From assembly GCA_951406725.2 (NCBI GenBank), contig OX597830.1, forward strand, positions 7,936,001-8,000,000: DNA of 64,000 bases. Reading direction: 5' to 3'. Position numbers and translations under genes: made by a program. Under the pieces are notes generated by a model, which worked only from the letters and a program-made list of their open reading frames with translations, did no database searches and had not been told where the DNA came from. Below, in pieces: positions 28,208 to 43,611 of this stretch; positions within the stretch are counted from its first letter, which is position 1; the number at the start of each line of letters is the position of its first letter. Source of the stretch: Octopus vulgaris. Its lineage: Eukaryota.

Positions 28208-28387
28208 TGTGTGTTTGTGTGTGTATGTATGTATATGTATGAATATATCCCTCAACGATGTATATGTGTGTTCGATTCCTGATTTGAATGAATTCGCTAG
28301 GTGGTGCTATTAAGTTAGACATGGCCTAGACCAATACTGGCCGATACTTATCAAAGTATCACAGTATATACACATTAATATACTTAT

Positions 28388-28435
<48 letters not shown>

Positions 28436-28478
28436 TTATATGTTTATATGTATGCATATATGTATGTGTGTATGTATT

Positions 28479-28513
<35 letters not shown>

Positions 28514-28609
28514 ATGCATATACATATATATACATATACATATATCTATATATATAACAGATATTTCTGTATAAATAAATGTACATACATAAACTATAAT
28601 TATTTTTCG

Positions 28610-28640
<31 letters not shown>

Positions 28641-28703
28641 ATAAATGCAGGTATGATTGTATTTGTATTTATGTCTGTATGTGTATGTATGTATATATAT
28701 ATA

Positions 28704-28734
<31 letters not shown>

Positions 28735-29630
28735 ATGTGTAAATAAGTAGAAATATAGATTGATATACTCACAGATAGGCATATAGTCAGTCATACATAC
28801 ATACGTACATACATGCATAAATACGTACATAAAGATACATATGTACATAAAGATAGATACATACATACATATGTAAAGATGATTATACATACATAAATAC
28901 ATACATACATACGTAAAGATACATATACATACATACATACATACATGCATGCATACATACATACATACATTCATACATACATACATACATACATACATAC
29001 ATACATTCATACATACATTCATTACATACACACATACATACATACATACATACGTACATACATACATACGTATATACATACATTCATACATACATACACA
29101 CATACATACATATATACATATATACATACATACATACACACATACATACATACATACATACATACGTATATACATACATACACACATACATACATACATA
29201 CATACGTATATACATACATACATACGTACATACATACATATATACATATATACATACATATATACGTAAAGATACATATATACATATTGTAAGATGTGGA
29301 AAGAGGCAGCCAGATTGTGTATACTCAATCACACGTCGTATTCATATAAGCTTGTAAATAAATCGACTGCAGCGCCGCTTTGTACGTTAGACTCTGTCAT
29401 ATTCTCTTCGATCTGGCGCATTGGGAGGATATATAATATGTATATGGAGGCCCGAATATCATCAACTAAATTTATATGAAAATATTTTTGTATAATTATA
29501 AATATGTGTGTGTCTGTGTGTGTGTGTTTATATATATACATACATATACACTGAGGAAGAAAAACACGAGTGCATAGAAACCTACATTTAAAGACATGTA
29601 CATATATATATATATGTATGTATGCATGTA

Positions 29631-29682
<52 letters not shown>

Positions 29683-29724
29683 CACATATACATATATGCA
29701 TGTATGTATATATATATATATATG

Positions 29725-29837
<113 letters not shown>

Positions 29838-30153
29838 ATACACATATACATATATGTATGTATATATATATATATGTATGTATATATAAATAAAAATATA
29901 TATATATATTTATATATATATATGTACTTATATATCTTATAATTATACATGCTAACGCGTTTACGTACGTATGTATATATCTATCGATCTATATATATAT
30001 TAATATGCAAAAGATTTCACATATATAACCTTACACACAGACATACAAATAGATTGGTATATATAAACAGTAAAAAGTATGTTTATAATTATATATATAC
30101 ATATCTCTGCATGTGTGTGTGTGTCTGTGTGTGTCTTCGTATGCATGTGTGAT

Positions 30154-30184
<31 letters not shown>

Positions 30185-30241
30185 CAAATATATCTATATA
30201 AATTTATATATATGTATACATATTATATATCTATGTATATA

Positions 30242-30299
<58 letters not shown>

Positions 30300-30750
30300 G
30301 AATATATATATATATACATACACACACATACATATGGATAGTGTTTATATATTTCCCATTAAATCTCATAAATATACACAATGTATAAAATAATGCACAG
30401 TGCAAATACAGAATATATCGCAATAGATATCTATATAATCAATGTATACACATGTAGAAACGAAATACAGACGTACCTACACACGCACAAAACACTAAGT
30501 AATATTCACACACTCACACACACACACACTCACACACACACACACAAATAGATTCATGTATATATCTGTGAGTGTGTGTATGTATGTATATATGTACAGG
30601 TGTATATGCGAGCATATGTACCGTCTCGCTTATGGTTCGGTGCAATCTCTGATATTAAAAAGATAGGCTACGGGAGAGTGTATAAGTATAAACACATATC
30701 ACAATACAATACATAAGCATGTATTCAAAGTGCTCACCGCCATCTATATA

Positions 30751-30821
<71 letters not shown>

Positions 30822-30954
30822 GCATATAGCTGGTGTACATGCGGAAATAGTTATGTTTGTATATTTACATATATCTATAAATACAATATAAAACATATAT
30901 ATTTCATTTTCTTTAGTAATACATATATACGCATTTGTATATATGTATTACAAG

Positions 30955-30999
<45 letters not shown>

Positions 31000-31167
31000 T
31001 ATATATTAGTATATATTATGAAAGAATAATCATAAAAAATTTAATATTTAAATTATTATCAACATTAATAATAACGATGCTTCTATCTTTATAATATTTT
31101 GTGTATATATACATATATATGTGTGTGTACGTCTGTATACAGATAGATGAATATATATGTATACATA

Positions 31168-31218
<51 letters not shown>

Positions 31219-31231
31219 GTAGTTATGTGTG

Positions 31232-31265
<34 letters not shown>

Positions 31266-31744
31266 CACACATAACTACATACATTTTTATGCACAAATCT
31301 GTCAGTGTGTATACATATATATACACATGTGCAATATATCTATGCATGTATGTATATATGCAACTGTGTATCTATATATGTGTGTGTATTTTTGTGTTTG
31401 TGTCTATCTGTCTGTGTGTATATAGCTATGTGTCTATATTCATAGATACATACACGCATGCATGCATACATGGATGGATGGAGGGATGTACATGTAGATA
31501 TAGATATATACATATATACACATGTGGAAATAGAAATAATAAATATATAAATAAATGACAAGGGGAAACATAATGATGTAATCGACTTCATTAGCTTACA
31601 GCTGTTTCTGCACTGAAATGCAAATACTTACACACACACGCACGCACACACATACCTACTCACACGCACACATACATACATGTGTCTATAAATATACATA
31701 TATATATATACATACATACATACATACATACATACATACATACA

Positions 31745-31776
<32 letters not shown>

Positions 31777-31877
31777 CATATGTAATTATATACGTGTAAT
31801 GTAGAATTAATTTTGGATATATGTATTTATATTTTTTGTGTACTTGTGTATACATAGTTCAGTCTCCAAGTTAGTTA

Positions 31878-31992
<115 letters not shown>

Positions 31993-32176
31993 CATATATA
32001 CATACATACATACATATCCAATTATATACACATGCATTTGCGAGTATATATCTTTGTATGTTTGCATATGTTTAAGTGTGTTTGTACACGTACGATATTT
32101 ATATACATTTACACATGCGTGTATGTGTGTGTATTATTTTGTTACTCTTTTACTTGTTTTCAATGATTTTATTACG

Positions 32177-32242
<66 letters not shown>

Positions 32243-32380
32243 TGCATATATATTACATATATATATATTCATACACTTAAATATATACTTATGTGCGCTA
32301 TGCATTCTTATATACATATATATACATACATTTATTTGCGTGTGTGTGTATCTGTCTATCTACCTTTCTATGTTTCCACC

Positions 32381-32450
<70 letters not shown>

Positions 32451-32588
32451 ACTGACATGCATGCATTTTTTTCGCATTTCTCATATAATTACAATGTGTA
32501 TTTTTACAGTTATTTCACCCAAAATTTCAGAACCGTCCTCAAAATGCTTCGAAATATATACACACAAACACACACATATACTCTCACA

Positions 32589-32633
<45 letters not shown>

Positions 32634-33220
32634 ACACACAAACATACGCAAGCACAATCCGACAAACTAATTGTATTTAGACGGTGACACCGAGCGCTGT
32701 TTCGATTTCCAATATGGTCCATGGAATCCCTCCTGTATTCTCCGCTTCGCTGTGGGCCTAGGCTCTACATTGCTCCTAATACTAGACGAATCTGATGTTT
32801 TCTCACAACATATTTCACTGAAAAATTTCTATCAGGCACTAATATACACTAGTATATTTTAGTATATTCCATTAACACAAAGGTACCTCGCAAATATATA
32901 TACACACGATCGATATGAGACCGTAATATATATATTTGGTGCGCAAATGTAAACGAATAACGTATATTAATGATAGTCATTTAAGTAACGTTAGTAATAA
33001 TTACAACGTCTTATTACAATCTATATTATTTAATTTTAAATGATAAGCAATGTTATTACTATCTTTTGTATTGCATTTAAATATTGTCAGCTTAGAATTT
33101 ACTTTGTAAATTTCATGTTTATGGTAAACATTGGAAAATATAGAAAACATTGGCTATAAAACATGCATATATATATTATACATATATTCATTATATATAT
33201 ATATGCACACACACATACAC

Positions 33221-33310
<90 letters not shown>

Positions 33311-33587
33311 GCATATATGTGTATGTATGTATATATAAACATGTTAGCAACGAAACTTGTAGGAATACCGAACGGTAATATTGTGTGTGTGTGTTGGTGC
33401 ACGTACGTGTGAGAGTGTATATATGTATGTATATATGTATGTATGTGGGCATGCATACATTTAAGCAGGGAATGAAGGAGACAGAGAGATAGAGAGAGAG
33501 AGATTTGTAAGTCTGGTACAGAAATATATATACATAGTACATGGATACAAGCAAAGATATATTCGTGTGTATTTATACGCGTGTATG

Positions 33588-33651
<64 letters not shown>

Positions 33652-33990
33652 TGTATGTATGTATATTATATATATACATGTACAAAGGTGCATATATATT
33701 TATATACATATATGTGTCTGTGAATGTGTGTGTATGTACGTATAGATATAGAGAGAGATATAGATAAATGGATATATATATATAAATATATATATTCATG
33801 CATACATGCATATGATATACATATACAGATACATATTCAAACTATAATATTAGGTATTATACATACATACATACACACATACATACAAACGTGCACATAT
33901 ACATATATACATACAAGCTTAGGTATGAATGCATGCATACATCTATGTCATGATATGAGTATACATATGTGTGTGTGTTTGTAGATATAG

Positions 33991-34047
<57 letters not shown>

Positions 34048-34107
34048 TACATATTCATATACATATATAAATATATATATATATATAAATATATATATAT
34101 GTTTATA

Positions 34108-34142
<35 letters not shown>

Positions 34143-34290
34143 TATACATATATTCATTAGTAAACACGCAAGCACATGTATCTATGTGCATATGTGTATA
34201 TTTATGCTATATAATATATATGAATATATAATACATATCATATATATATATATATATATGCATATATATATATATGCATATATATATATA

Positions 34291-34334
<44 letters not shown>

Positions 34335-34583
34335 TATCTTACGTTTATGGTTGTATATTTAAATATGTGAGACTATTTCGTTCTGTCTGTCTCTTTGTGT
34401 TTCTGTTTTTGATGTTGGAATATTCTTAACGAAGATGCATGGTCTTCGCTCTTAGCTGAAACCTTTTTAGAATGTGCAACAGGCAACGCATATATGCGTG
34501 AGCCCTTCTGGGTGTGTATAAAGATAGAGATAAAAAGAGAGATAAATATATATGCATGTGCCCGTATATATATGTATATATAT

Positions 34584-34715
34584 ATTTTGCCTTTCATCCT
34601 TTCGGGGTCGATAAATTAAGTACCAGTTACGTACTGGGGTCGATGTAATCGCCTTAATACCTCTGTATGTCCTTGTTTGTCCCCTCTGTTTAGCCCCTTG
34701 TGGGTAATAAAGAAA
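34584..34715 (+). mobile_element. SINE family B, 3' half
   Basis: Near-identical to 54104-54235. Confidence 0.85.
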
Positions 34716-34824
34716 TATATATACATATATACATACATACATACATACATATATATGGATGTATATGCATAAACAGCTGCGAGTATAGATAGATAGACAG
34801 ATAGTTATGTATACACACATGCGA

Positions 34825-34965
<141 letters not shown>

Positions 34966-35107
34966 CATAGAATTACCTTGTATGTGTGTATATGTATACA
35001 TTAATTTGCGTTGGTATTTCTATAGACAAATATGAATATGTATATATCTGAATATATGCATTATGTAAGTATTTGTGTCGCATGTATATTTATATATATA
35101 CGTAGAT

Positions 35108-35225
35108 ATGAAGGCGCATGGCCTAATGGTTAGACTGTTGTTCTCACAATCGCAAGATTGTGGTTTCAATTCTTTGACTGGGCGGCGCGTTGTGTTCTTG
35201 GGCAAAACAATTCATTTCCCTTTGC
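35108..35225 (+). mobile_element. CORE-type SINE 5' fragment
   Basis: tgaaggcgcatggcctaatggttag..ggtttcaattc..gttgtgttcttgggcaaaaca. Confidence 0.7.
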
Positions 35226-35320
35226 AAGAACCCATCTTTCGATCGGGTTTGGGTGAATCTTGACCAAAACCTTGCAAAAGCGCATTGTGACTAACATCTG
35301 ATAGCCTGATTGGTCACGTG

Positions 35321-35352
<32 letters not shown>

Positions 35353-35504
35353 GTGTGAGTGTATGTTTGTGTTTTTTATATATATATATATATACATATA
35401 GATCATATATATACATATATATATATAAATTTGTTATTACTGTATACATATGCATGTATTCATGCATAGAGATGCATATATTATCGTGTTCGTATTTTGT
35501 GGAT

Positions 35505-35557
<53 letters not shown>

Positions 35558-36016
35558 CGTGTGCGCGTGCGTGCCGCGTGGCAAATTTGAATGCATCTTT
35601 TGGGTAATTCATTTCAGATCATAGAAATGGAGTGTCTTTGGGACGCTTTTCAAACCAGCGCCAAACCCCCAATGAACTGAATTTGGACGGAGCGAGACCT
35701 TTTGCTTTGTTCTTTCTTGGAAAACCCCTGCAATTCTAGACGTTCAGGTAAATCAGTTTTTACATACCTCACATCGCTTGACCTATGCACACCATACGTT
35801 TATAGGCATACGTTTGTATCAATGAATGTCTGCATGTATGTCTTATGTACGTATCTGCGTATGTGTGCATATGTATTTATATTTGCATGCACGTCTGTGT
35901 ATGCGGATATACATTCATGCACACATACATACACACACACATATATATATATATAAATATATATATGGATGCAAGTATGCATGTTTGTATGCGTGTTTCT
36001 ATGTATATATATATAT

Positions 36017-36082
<66 letters not shown>

Positions 36083-36192
36083 GGATAGATAGATGCAAAT
36101 AGCCATTACTACATATACATGCATAAATGTATATATATAATATATATTTATGTATGTATCAGCATGTATATATATATATCAGTATGTATATA

Positions 36193-36265
<73 letters not shown>

Positions 36266-36338
36266 GCATATATATATATATATATATATATACATGCATG
36301 TATATATGCATATATGTATATATATATTTCTATGCAAG

Positions 36339-36370
<32 letters not shown>

Positions 36371-36567
36371 GATATATATGTATATATGTATGTATGAATG
36401 TATACGCATGTGTTTATGGGAATTAGACGCGACTAATATATTGTAAATATCAAAACATAGTGATTACAGCAAATATATTTGGTCGATAATATAATATAAT
36501 ACGCCATAATAGAATCAATAGAAGTTTACATAATAAAAATTATTATTTTCTTATCGATTCTCTCTCT

Positions 36568-36626
<59 letters not shown>

Positions 36627-36724
36627 CCTTTCTTTCTCCCTCGTTCTCTGCATTTAACTAATTTCGTAATAATGTCATATAATCATATTTTCAATATATA
36701 TACTCACTGTCTCTCTCACACTCA

Positions 36725-36781
<57 letters not shown>

Positions 36782-36905
36782 GCATAAATGCGCGCACGCG
36801 TACTCGCGGCATATGTGCTTGCATGTCTGTGTGTTTAAATCTATACATACATGCATACATGGATATTTATATATATACACACACACACACATATATATAT
36901 ATATG

Positions 36906-36993
<88 letters not shown>

Positions 36994-37049
36994 TGTATAT
37001 ATATATAAATGTATATATATATATACATAATCACACCAACGTATATGTA

Positions 37050-37086
<37 letters not shown>

Positions 37087-37217
37087 GTGTGTGTACATAT
37101 GATAATATATGATTGTGTGTTCCTGTTCATATAAATAGATGTGTATACGTTAATGCATGTGTGTATGTGTGGTGTGTGAGCTATATGTGTTTGTATCTAC
37201 GTACGTGTATATACATA

Positions 37218-37248
<31 letters not shown>

Positions 37249-37344
37249 ATATACATACACATTTGTTGGCATACATATATATATATGTGTGTGTATGTAT
37301 ATACGTACGAACAGACGGACAGACAGACTGACAGACTGACAGAC

Positions 37345-37421
<77 letters not shown>

Positions 37422-38539
37422 TACACAGCTGTTGGTCAATGCCACAAAAAATTGCTGCTCGGTTCATATGGTAAAAAGTTAGGATTAACTTCATAGCTTT
37501 TCGGAGTTTTTCACTGCGTGCGATTCGTTCAGACTTCAAAAATGGTAGCTTGAGCTGAAAGGGGACGCCGGTTACGTCAAATTTCATTGGTTATCTGCAG
37601 TGATATTCAGGAGCTGCTACGCTCCCTATCCGATGTATTTAGCGCTAGTGGATAACTCTGTTATCCAGGCATTAGAATAAATTAGTGCTATAGGATGACC
37701 AATTATAATGAATAACACGATTGTGTATATTCAATGACTAACATATGAATTCTGTTTTGTCTCGACACAAAATCAAAATTTCGAACTTCTAGATCAATGA
37801 TCTGTGGGACAATGATATGACCAATAAAGTTTTCGGAGAGACATATATTGGATCCCTCCAAAGTGTATAGGTTTGTCATATCCATGATCTTGTCTCTAGG
37901 GACGTGGAATTAATCTATCTCTTGTTTAAAATTAATGCTTGTGCAAGTTTTATCTAATCATAAAACTATTCTCCAAATTTCTGTATAATTCTTCTCAATA
38001 AAATTCGTAAATCCTATAGTTGCTCTATGTACTGCCGTCCTTTTTGAAATGTTGAATGGTTGCATCTGGGGATGCAAGTTGTCTGTTCAGTCGGACTTAA
38101 GTGGGTGTTTCTCCAAGATATCGATGGAAGATTTGTAAAGGAATGTAATCCAGGCAACTATAGCTACTTCTAAAGTTGTACTTCTTGAAGCGTTTTTGAT
38201 ACTTATACATATAGGGAAATGTATATTTAACAAAGAGAAAAATTCCAAGCTATGTCGGTGCTTACATTAATTTTCTAAGGTGGATTGAACCATGTTATAT
38301 TTTTCGCTTTTTGTGTTTGTTATTTGTGAGCGCTTTTCTTTTATTGTACTTTGTCAATGAAACTGCTTCGTGACAGTGCGGCGTTATATTCGGTTCCATA
38401 ATTCAAAATATCCCAGTCAAAAAATAAGTCGGAGATTCTTCTGCTTTGTATAATTCTACGACAGCGTTTACGGTGTCGTAGTTATCATTGCTACAGTTGC
38501 TCTGTCTTTTTGTGTCTGCGCGCGCGCGCGTGCGTGTGT

Positions 38540-38590
<51 letters not shown>

Positions 38591-38660
38591 TAAATATATA
38601 TATGTGTGTGTATACATAATATATATACATACATAGACATAAAACGTGATTTAGAGTCAG

Positions 38661-38730
<70 letters not shown>

Positions 38731-38741
<11 letters not shown>

Positions 38742-39200
38742 AACGGCAGTTTGTCTGTGTGTGTATCTGATTCTCGACCCCATGTCGAATTTATCGATTT
38801 TTTTCAGAACTGGGGGAACTTTTCAAAATTTTCGCTGCGTTAGTTTTGAATTATGACATTGGGCTATGTGTGTGTCTGTTTGCTTGTACCCTCACCCTGA
38901 CCACGGCTTTCAACCGATTCTGATGAAACTTGACACACACATAGCCCAATGTCATAATTCAAAACTAACGCAGCGAAAATTTTGAAAAGTTCCCCCAGTT
39001 CTGAAAAAAATCGATAAATTCGACATGGGGTCGAGAATCAGAAACACAAACCACAGACTGTCTAGGGGACGCAACTCGACCATTTTAACTAAAAAAAAAA
39101 TTTACCATCATTTTTTTTCCATTTTTTGGCTATAACTCTCTAAAAATGCTTTATAGTTATTTCCCTTACAAACCCGAGCAACGCCAGGCGATACTGCTAG
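38731..39200 (+). mobile_element. Non-autonomous Helitron with an internal 111-bp inverted duplication
   Basis: 3' end cccgagcaacgccaggcgatactgCTAG|T (GC-rich stem-loop then CTAG); homologous to the 61047 and 63595 copies. Confidence 0.85.
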
Positions 39201-39534
39201 TATATATATGTGTGTTCTTGTTTTCGTATATATTCGATGCTTTTTTCCAAGGAATCTAATGCTCTTAGCTTAGTTTTTCCTTGGGACTGGCCAGATTGAA
39301 TCAATCTCAAGATTAATCAGCCGAAATTGCGAGGATGATCCGATTCTTGACTGAGGATAAAATGCTTCGAATGACCCGTCCTTGTTTTTTTGTATCGTCT
39401 ATCTGGATGTTTTGTTGGCCCTTTTTGTATCACTTAGTTGTCCTAATGTTTTGCGTTCTTGTCCCATAATGTATTTTATTTAATATATATATATATATAT
39501 ATATATACATAGCGGTGTACGTACACTTTGTTCT

Positions 39535-39574
<40 letters not shown>

Positions 39575-40369
39575 ATATATATACATACATAAACATAAAA
39601 ATGTAATTTAGAGTCAGTTGAATAGGGTACTTAAATTGAGGCACCTTTCGTTAGGACGAACATATTTGCACATTCAGTATTAGGTGATGCAGTGTATGCT
39701 GATGGAACGATCCAACTTAGTGAATACTTAGTGAACTTAGTGAATAAATCTGCTCTTGTTTATTCAGACATGTACTTTATACAAATATACTTTCTAAATA
39801 CTTCGGAAGAGCAGATTCCAGGATAGGTGAGTAAAATATAAGTAACAAAGATGTATTCATTACTGTCAATTCCTTACGAAGAAAGCCGTTCTCATCAGGT
39901 GACCGCATAGACCTGAAGCACAAAGGACAAGTTAGATATATAAACATATTCGTATCATCAACAGAGTGCAAATATTTACAATGATTCCGCTATTAAAGAA
40001 TGAAAAAGAAGACAGTACAGCGACAGACAAACCAGAAATTAGCATAGACTAGAATGGGGGAGAAGGATGAATGAAAGTAGTGGCCCCATTATCTACATAT
40101 GGAAGGCAATAGGGAGAATGTAGTCTTCAAAACATCTAAAATCAGATCTTGAGGGAGTCATGAATTAATTAGTATCATGACAGACCGTTCTACTATCTAA
40201 GAAAATGGAACTTTACATCAGGTTATATCAACACCAAAACAGTAGGTCATTTTTTGTAATGATGAAATGGTTTCATTGATCAATTAAATCAGTCGCTCGA
40301 AACGGCCGTAATGATTTGACACTTATACATCTTTGTTACTCATTTATTATATATGCATATAAATATAAG

Positions 40370-40718
40370 TGCAGCGTGGCTGTGTGGTAAGAAGTTAGCT
40401 TCTCAACCATATGGTTGGGCAAATGTTTTCTACTATAGCTACGGGCCACAAAGCTTTGTGAGTGGATTTGGTGGACGTAAACTTAAAGAATCCTTTCGTG
40501 CCTGTAAGTATGTGTGTCTGTCTCCCACCACAGATTCACAGCCATTTTTGATTGTTTATGTCTCTGTAACCTAGCAGTTCGACAAGAGAGACCAGATAGA
40601 ATTTTTAAAAAGGGGTTAAAATAGCACAGGAGTCAATTCATTCAACTAAAAATTCTTCAATGCGGTGCCCCAGCATGGCCGCAGTCAAATGCCTGAAACA
40701 AGCAAAAGATAAAAGATA
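40370..40718 (+). mobile_element. SINE family A, diverged
   Basis: gtggctgtgtggtaagaag..gcggtgccccagcatggccgcagtcaaatg. Confidence 0.8.
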
Positions 40719-40959
40719 GAAAACACTGTGTCCTCATTTGATTTTTTTATAAGGATACTCTTTGCTAATAGTCAGATCCACTGTTGCGGGATCGAAACAG
40801 TAAACAATTCTTACATTGGTGTAATAGTGAACTTCATAAATATTGATATTTACGCTGATTATTTTATCCCTGCTAAACGATTTGTGGCTGTGTAGGACAA
40901 AAACTGCTAAACCATCATCGCGTTAAAACCACCATTTTTATCATGATTGTTTTCAGTAG

Positions 40960-41940
40960 CAATTGTCAGTCATTAGTCCCGAAAATCAAACAGTTTTTTG
41001 CTTGCGGTGATCAATCATTAATCATAGTAATCTGTCATAATCACTGGCCATAACAATCATCGTCTCCAGTCATAAACAATAGGCACAATCACGATCCCTA
41101 GTCAGAAATATTCGTTATAGTCACTTGCACTGCTACTAATCAGAGTCACTCACCATGGCTACTAGTCATAATCATAAATCATGGTCTTTTAGTGCCAGTC
41201 ATTAGTCATAGTAACTAACCATATTCACTATTCATTAATCACAAGTTATAATCAATAGTCATGACTTTGACTCATAATGTTCAAACATAGTAACCTGTCA
41301 TAGCTAATATAACTCTTTAACTCTTTAGCTAGTTTCAACTCGAGAGCTGCGGCCATGCTGGAGCATCGCCATTAGCTTTGCTACACTTTCACTACTTGAA
41401 ACCTCCTCTAACATGTGGCATTTGGTGAATCAGGGACTTTGATGCTGCTGCCCTCATCTGCGTTTCCTGCCGTAAGGGAGGCTCAGTCGAAACTCTTGAT
41501 AGGAGGAGATCCAGTTTTGTTTAGAAGAAACAAACTTTCACCCAACGAAGATCTCTCAGGCTTTCGGGGAAGGGTATTGAAGAGCTATGGTCGCTTGAAA
41601 CCCAATCTGTTACACTAACTGGTCCTGTGTACTGATGGCAATGTTGGGTTTTTTGGTACTATGCAGTGGCGAACCGTTCTGCTGGTTGTGTAACTTCCAA
41701 TGCCAAAGCTTGGTAGACAAGCTTCCAGGATTTTCCAGATGTACATCACAGCATATGTTCTAGGAAGTAGAGTCGTTATACTTAGTAAATCATACTTAAT
41801 ACTTTTAGACACTAGTCTTAAACACCATTCATAGTCACTAACCATAGTCACTAGTTACAGTCACTACTCTTACTCATTAGTTAAACATTAGTCATCAATC
41901 GTTGACGCTAAGTCACGGACATTATTCGTGCTGGTCATAA
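40960..41940. repeat. Decayed (catagt/tagtca)-type satellite hosting nested insertions
   Basis: Recurrent tagtca/agtcat at 40960-41310 and 41770-41940. Confidence 0.55.
41395..41765 (-). mobile_element. CR1-group LINE ORF2 C-terminal relic
   Basis: YAVMYIWKILEACLPSFGI..SRTVRHCIVP..LGFKRP*LFNTLP resembles the IY.WKI..G.VPN..GP.LFN.LP end of CR1-group ORF2. Confidence 0.7.
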
Positions 41941-42107
41941 ACAAAGCAAATGTAAATTCATTTATATTCCATGTAGCATCTTGTTACTAACTTTTGTTCA
42001 TATCCTCCATACATCTGTAATCTAACCTGATATTTAAATTACATATGTATGCACACATAGACATACACGCGCATAAACATATATGGATACACACACATAT
42101 ATGCATG

Positions 42108-42192
<85 letters not shown>

Positions 42193-42298
42193 GCATGGAT
42201 ATATTAACATTTATGTGTGTTTAGGCATGTGTGTGCGTAAATTGATATAGATATATATATATATAGATAGATAGACAGACAGACAGTCAGAGAGACAG

Positions 42299-42370
<72 letters not shown>

Positions 42371-42423
42371 GTACCTATGTATATATATATATGTATATAT
42401 GTATGCACTTCTCTCTTTCTCTC

Positions 42424-42466
<43 letters not shown>

Positions 42467-43053
42467 CTTAGCTGGCCGAAACTTCGAGGTTACTATAAAT
42501 AATATTCTTGTTTAAGAACAATAAATCTCTATTCTACAAAAGTATAGAGTAACACATCAAAACAAACATTAATATAGATATGAATATACATTCATATCTA
42601 TGTCATTGTTCAGTTTTATATAAGATTTCTTACCAATAAAAAAGAACCGGTTTCTAACCTAGATCGAAGGCTCCTTCATTAGAATTTTAACATCAATAAC
42701 AGGGTACTTTTGTGTGTTTCTATGTATGTATGTATGTATGTATGTATGTATGTATGTATGTGCAGATTTGTATGTTTTATGTTTGAGTTCTCATGCATGT
42801 AGTTGCATATCTAGACATGCTCATATATATTTAAATGATAAACTTCTGGGAAGTTTTACAGATTTTTACAGTTCCAGTGATGGATTGGATCTGTAGTCTT
42901 CGAATTAGCTTTCTTCTGTCTGGTTTTGAGAAACCTGATTTATCAAGATTGGTATTTAGCCAGTGTGTTACGTATCCCAGATGTAAGTATGTATGTATGT
43001 ATGTATGTATGTATGTATGTATGTATGTATGTATGTATGTATGTATGTATGTA

Positions 43054-43084
<31 letters not shown>

Positions 43085-43294
43085 ATGTATGTATATATGT
43101 ATGTATGTATGGTAATTAACTCAATAGCTCTCTCGCGTGTATTTGGCTACAAGGATACTCAAATGGAATACCAGTGATACTGCTAAGTCAATATAACAAG
43201 TGATGCAATATTATTTTATTGACGATATCAAGTAATCCATAACTTCATTTTATGAACAGTGTCTCTCCTCATATTCTTCAACCATATATATATA

Positions 43295-43595
43295 TATATG
43301 GACAATACCATACAAAATTTTGGTACCTTTAACTTAAGTACCATATTCATCTGAATCTAAATTTTGCTGAACTTATATATATATACATACATATATATAC
43401 ATACACGTGTGTATATATATATATATATAAGTTCAGCAAAATTTAGATTCAGATAAATATGGTACTTAAGTTAAAGGCACCAGAATTTTGTATGGTATTG
43501 TCCATATAAATCAAATGGGGTGAATATAATCAAAATAAGCAACAAGGATATCCAAGGTAGTGTAGTACAATTGTTTCATGCTACTTCCTTATTTG
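43295..43595. repeat. Fold-back (~85-bp arms around a TA-rich spacer) at the end of a probable PLE fragment
   Basis: About 43295-43380 is the reverse complement of about 43422-43508; the right arm continues into a half hammerhead. Confidence 0.85.
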
Positions 43596-43611
43596 TTTAT
43601 ATATATATATA

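Noticed and set aside
32671-32862. 63-aa ORF or possible exon in a unique island
   Set aside because: Weak polypyrimidine tract, no clear donor and no recognisable protein similarity.
37700-38200. Unique stretch suspected to be a decayed transposon ORF
   Set aside because: Partial manual translation gave no identifiable motif; needs a BLASTX search.
38920-38930. ctgatgaaac in the Helitron (and ctgatgac..gaaa near 20005) as hammerheads
   Set aside because: No stem II, and no stem III with an NUH site closed by stem I.
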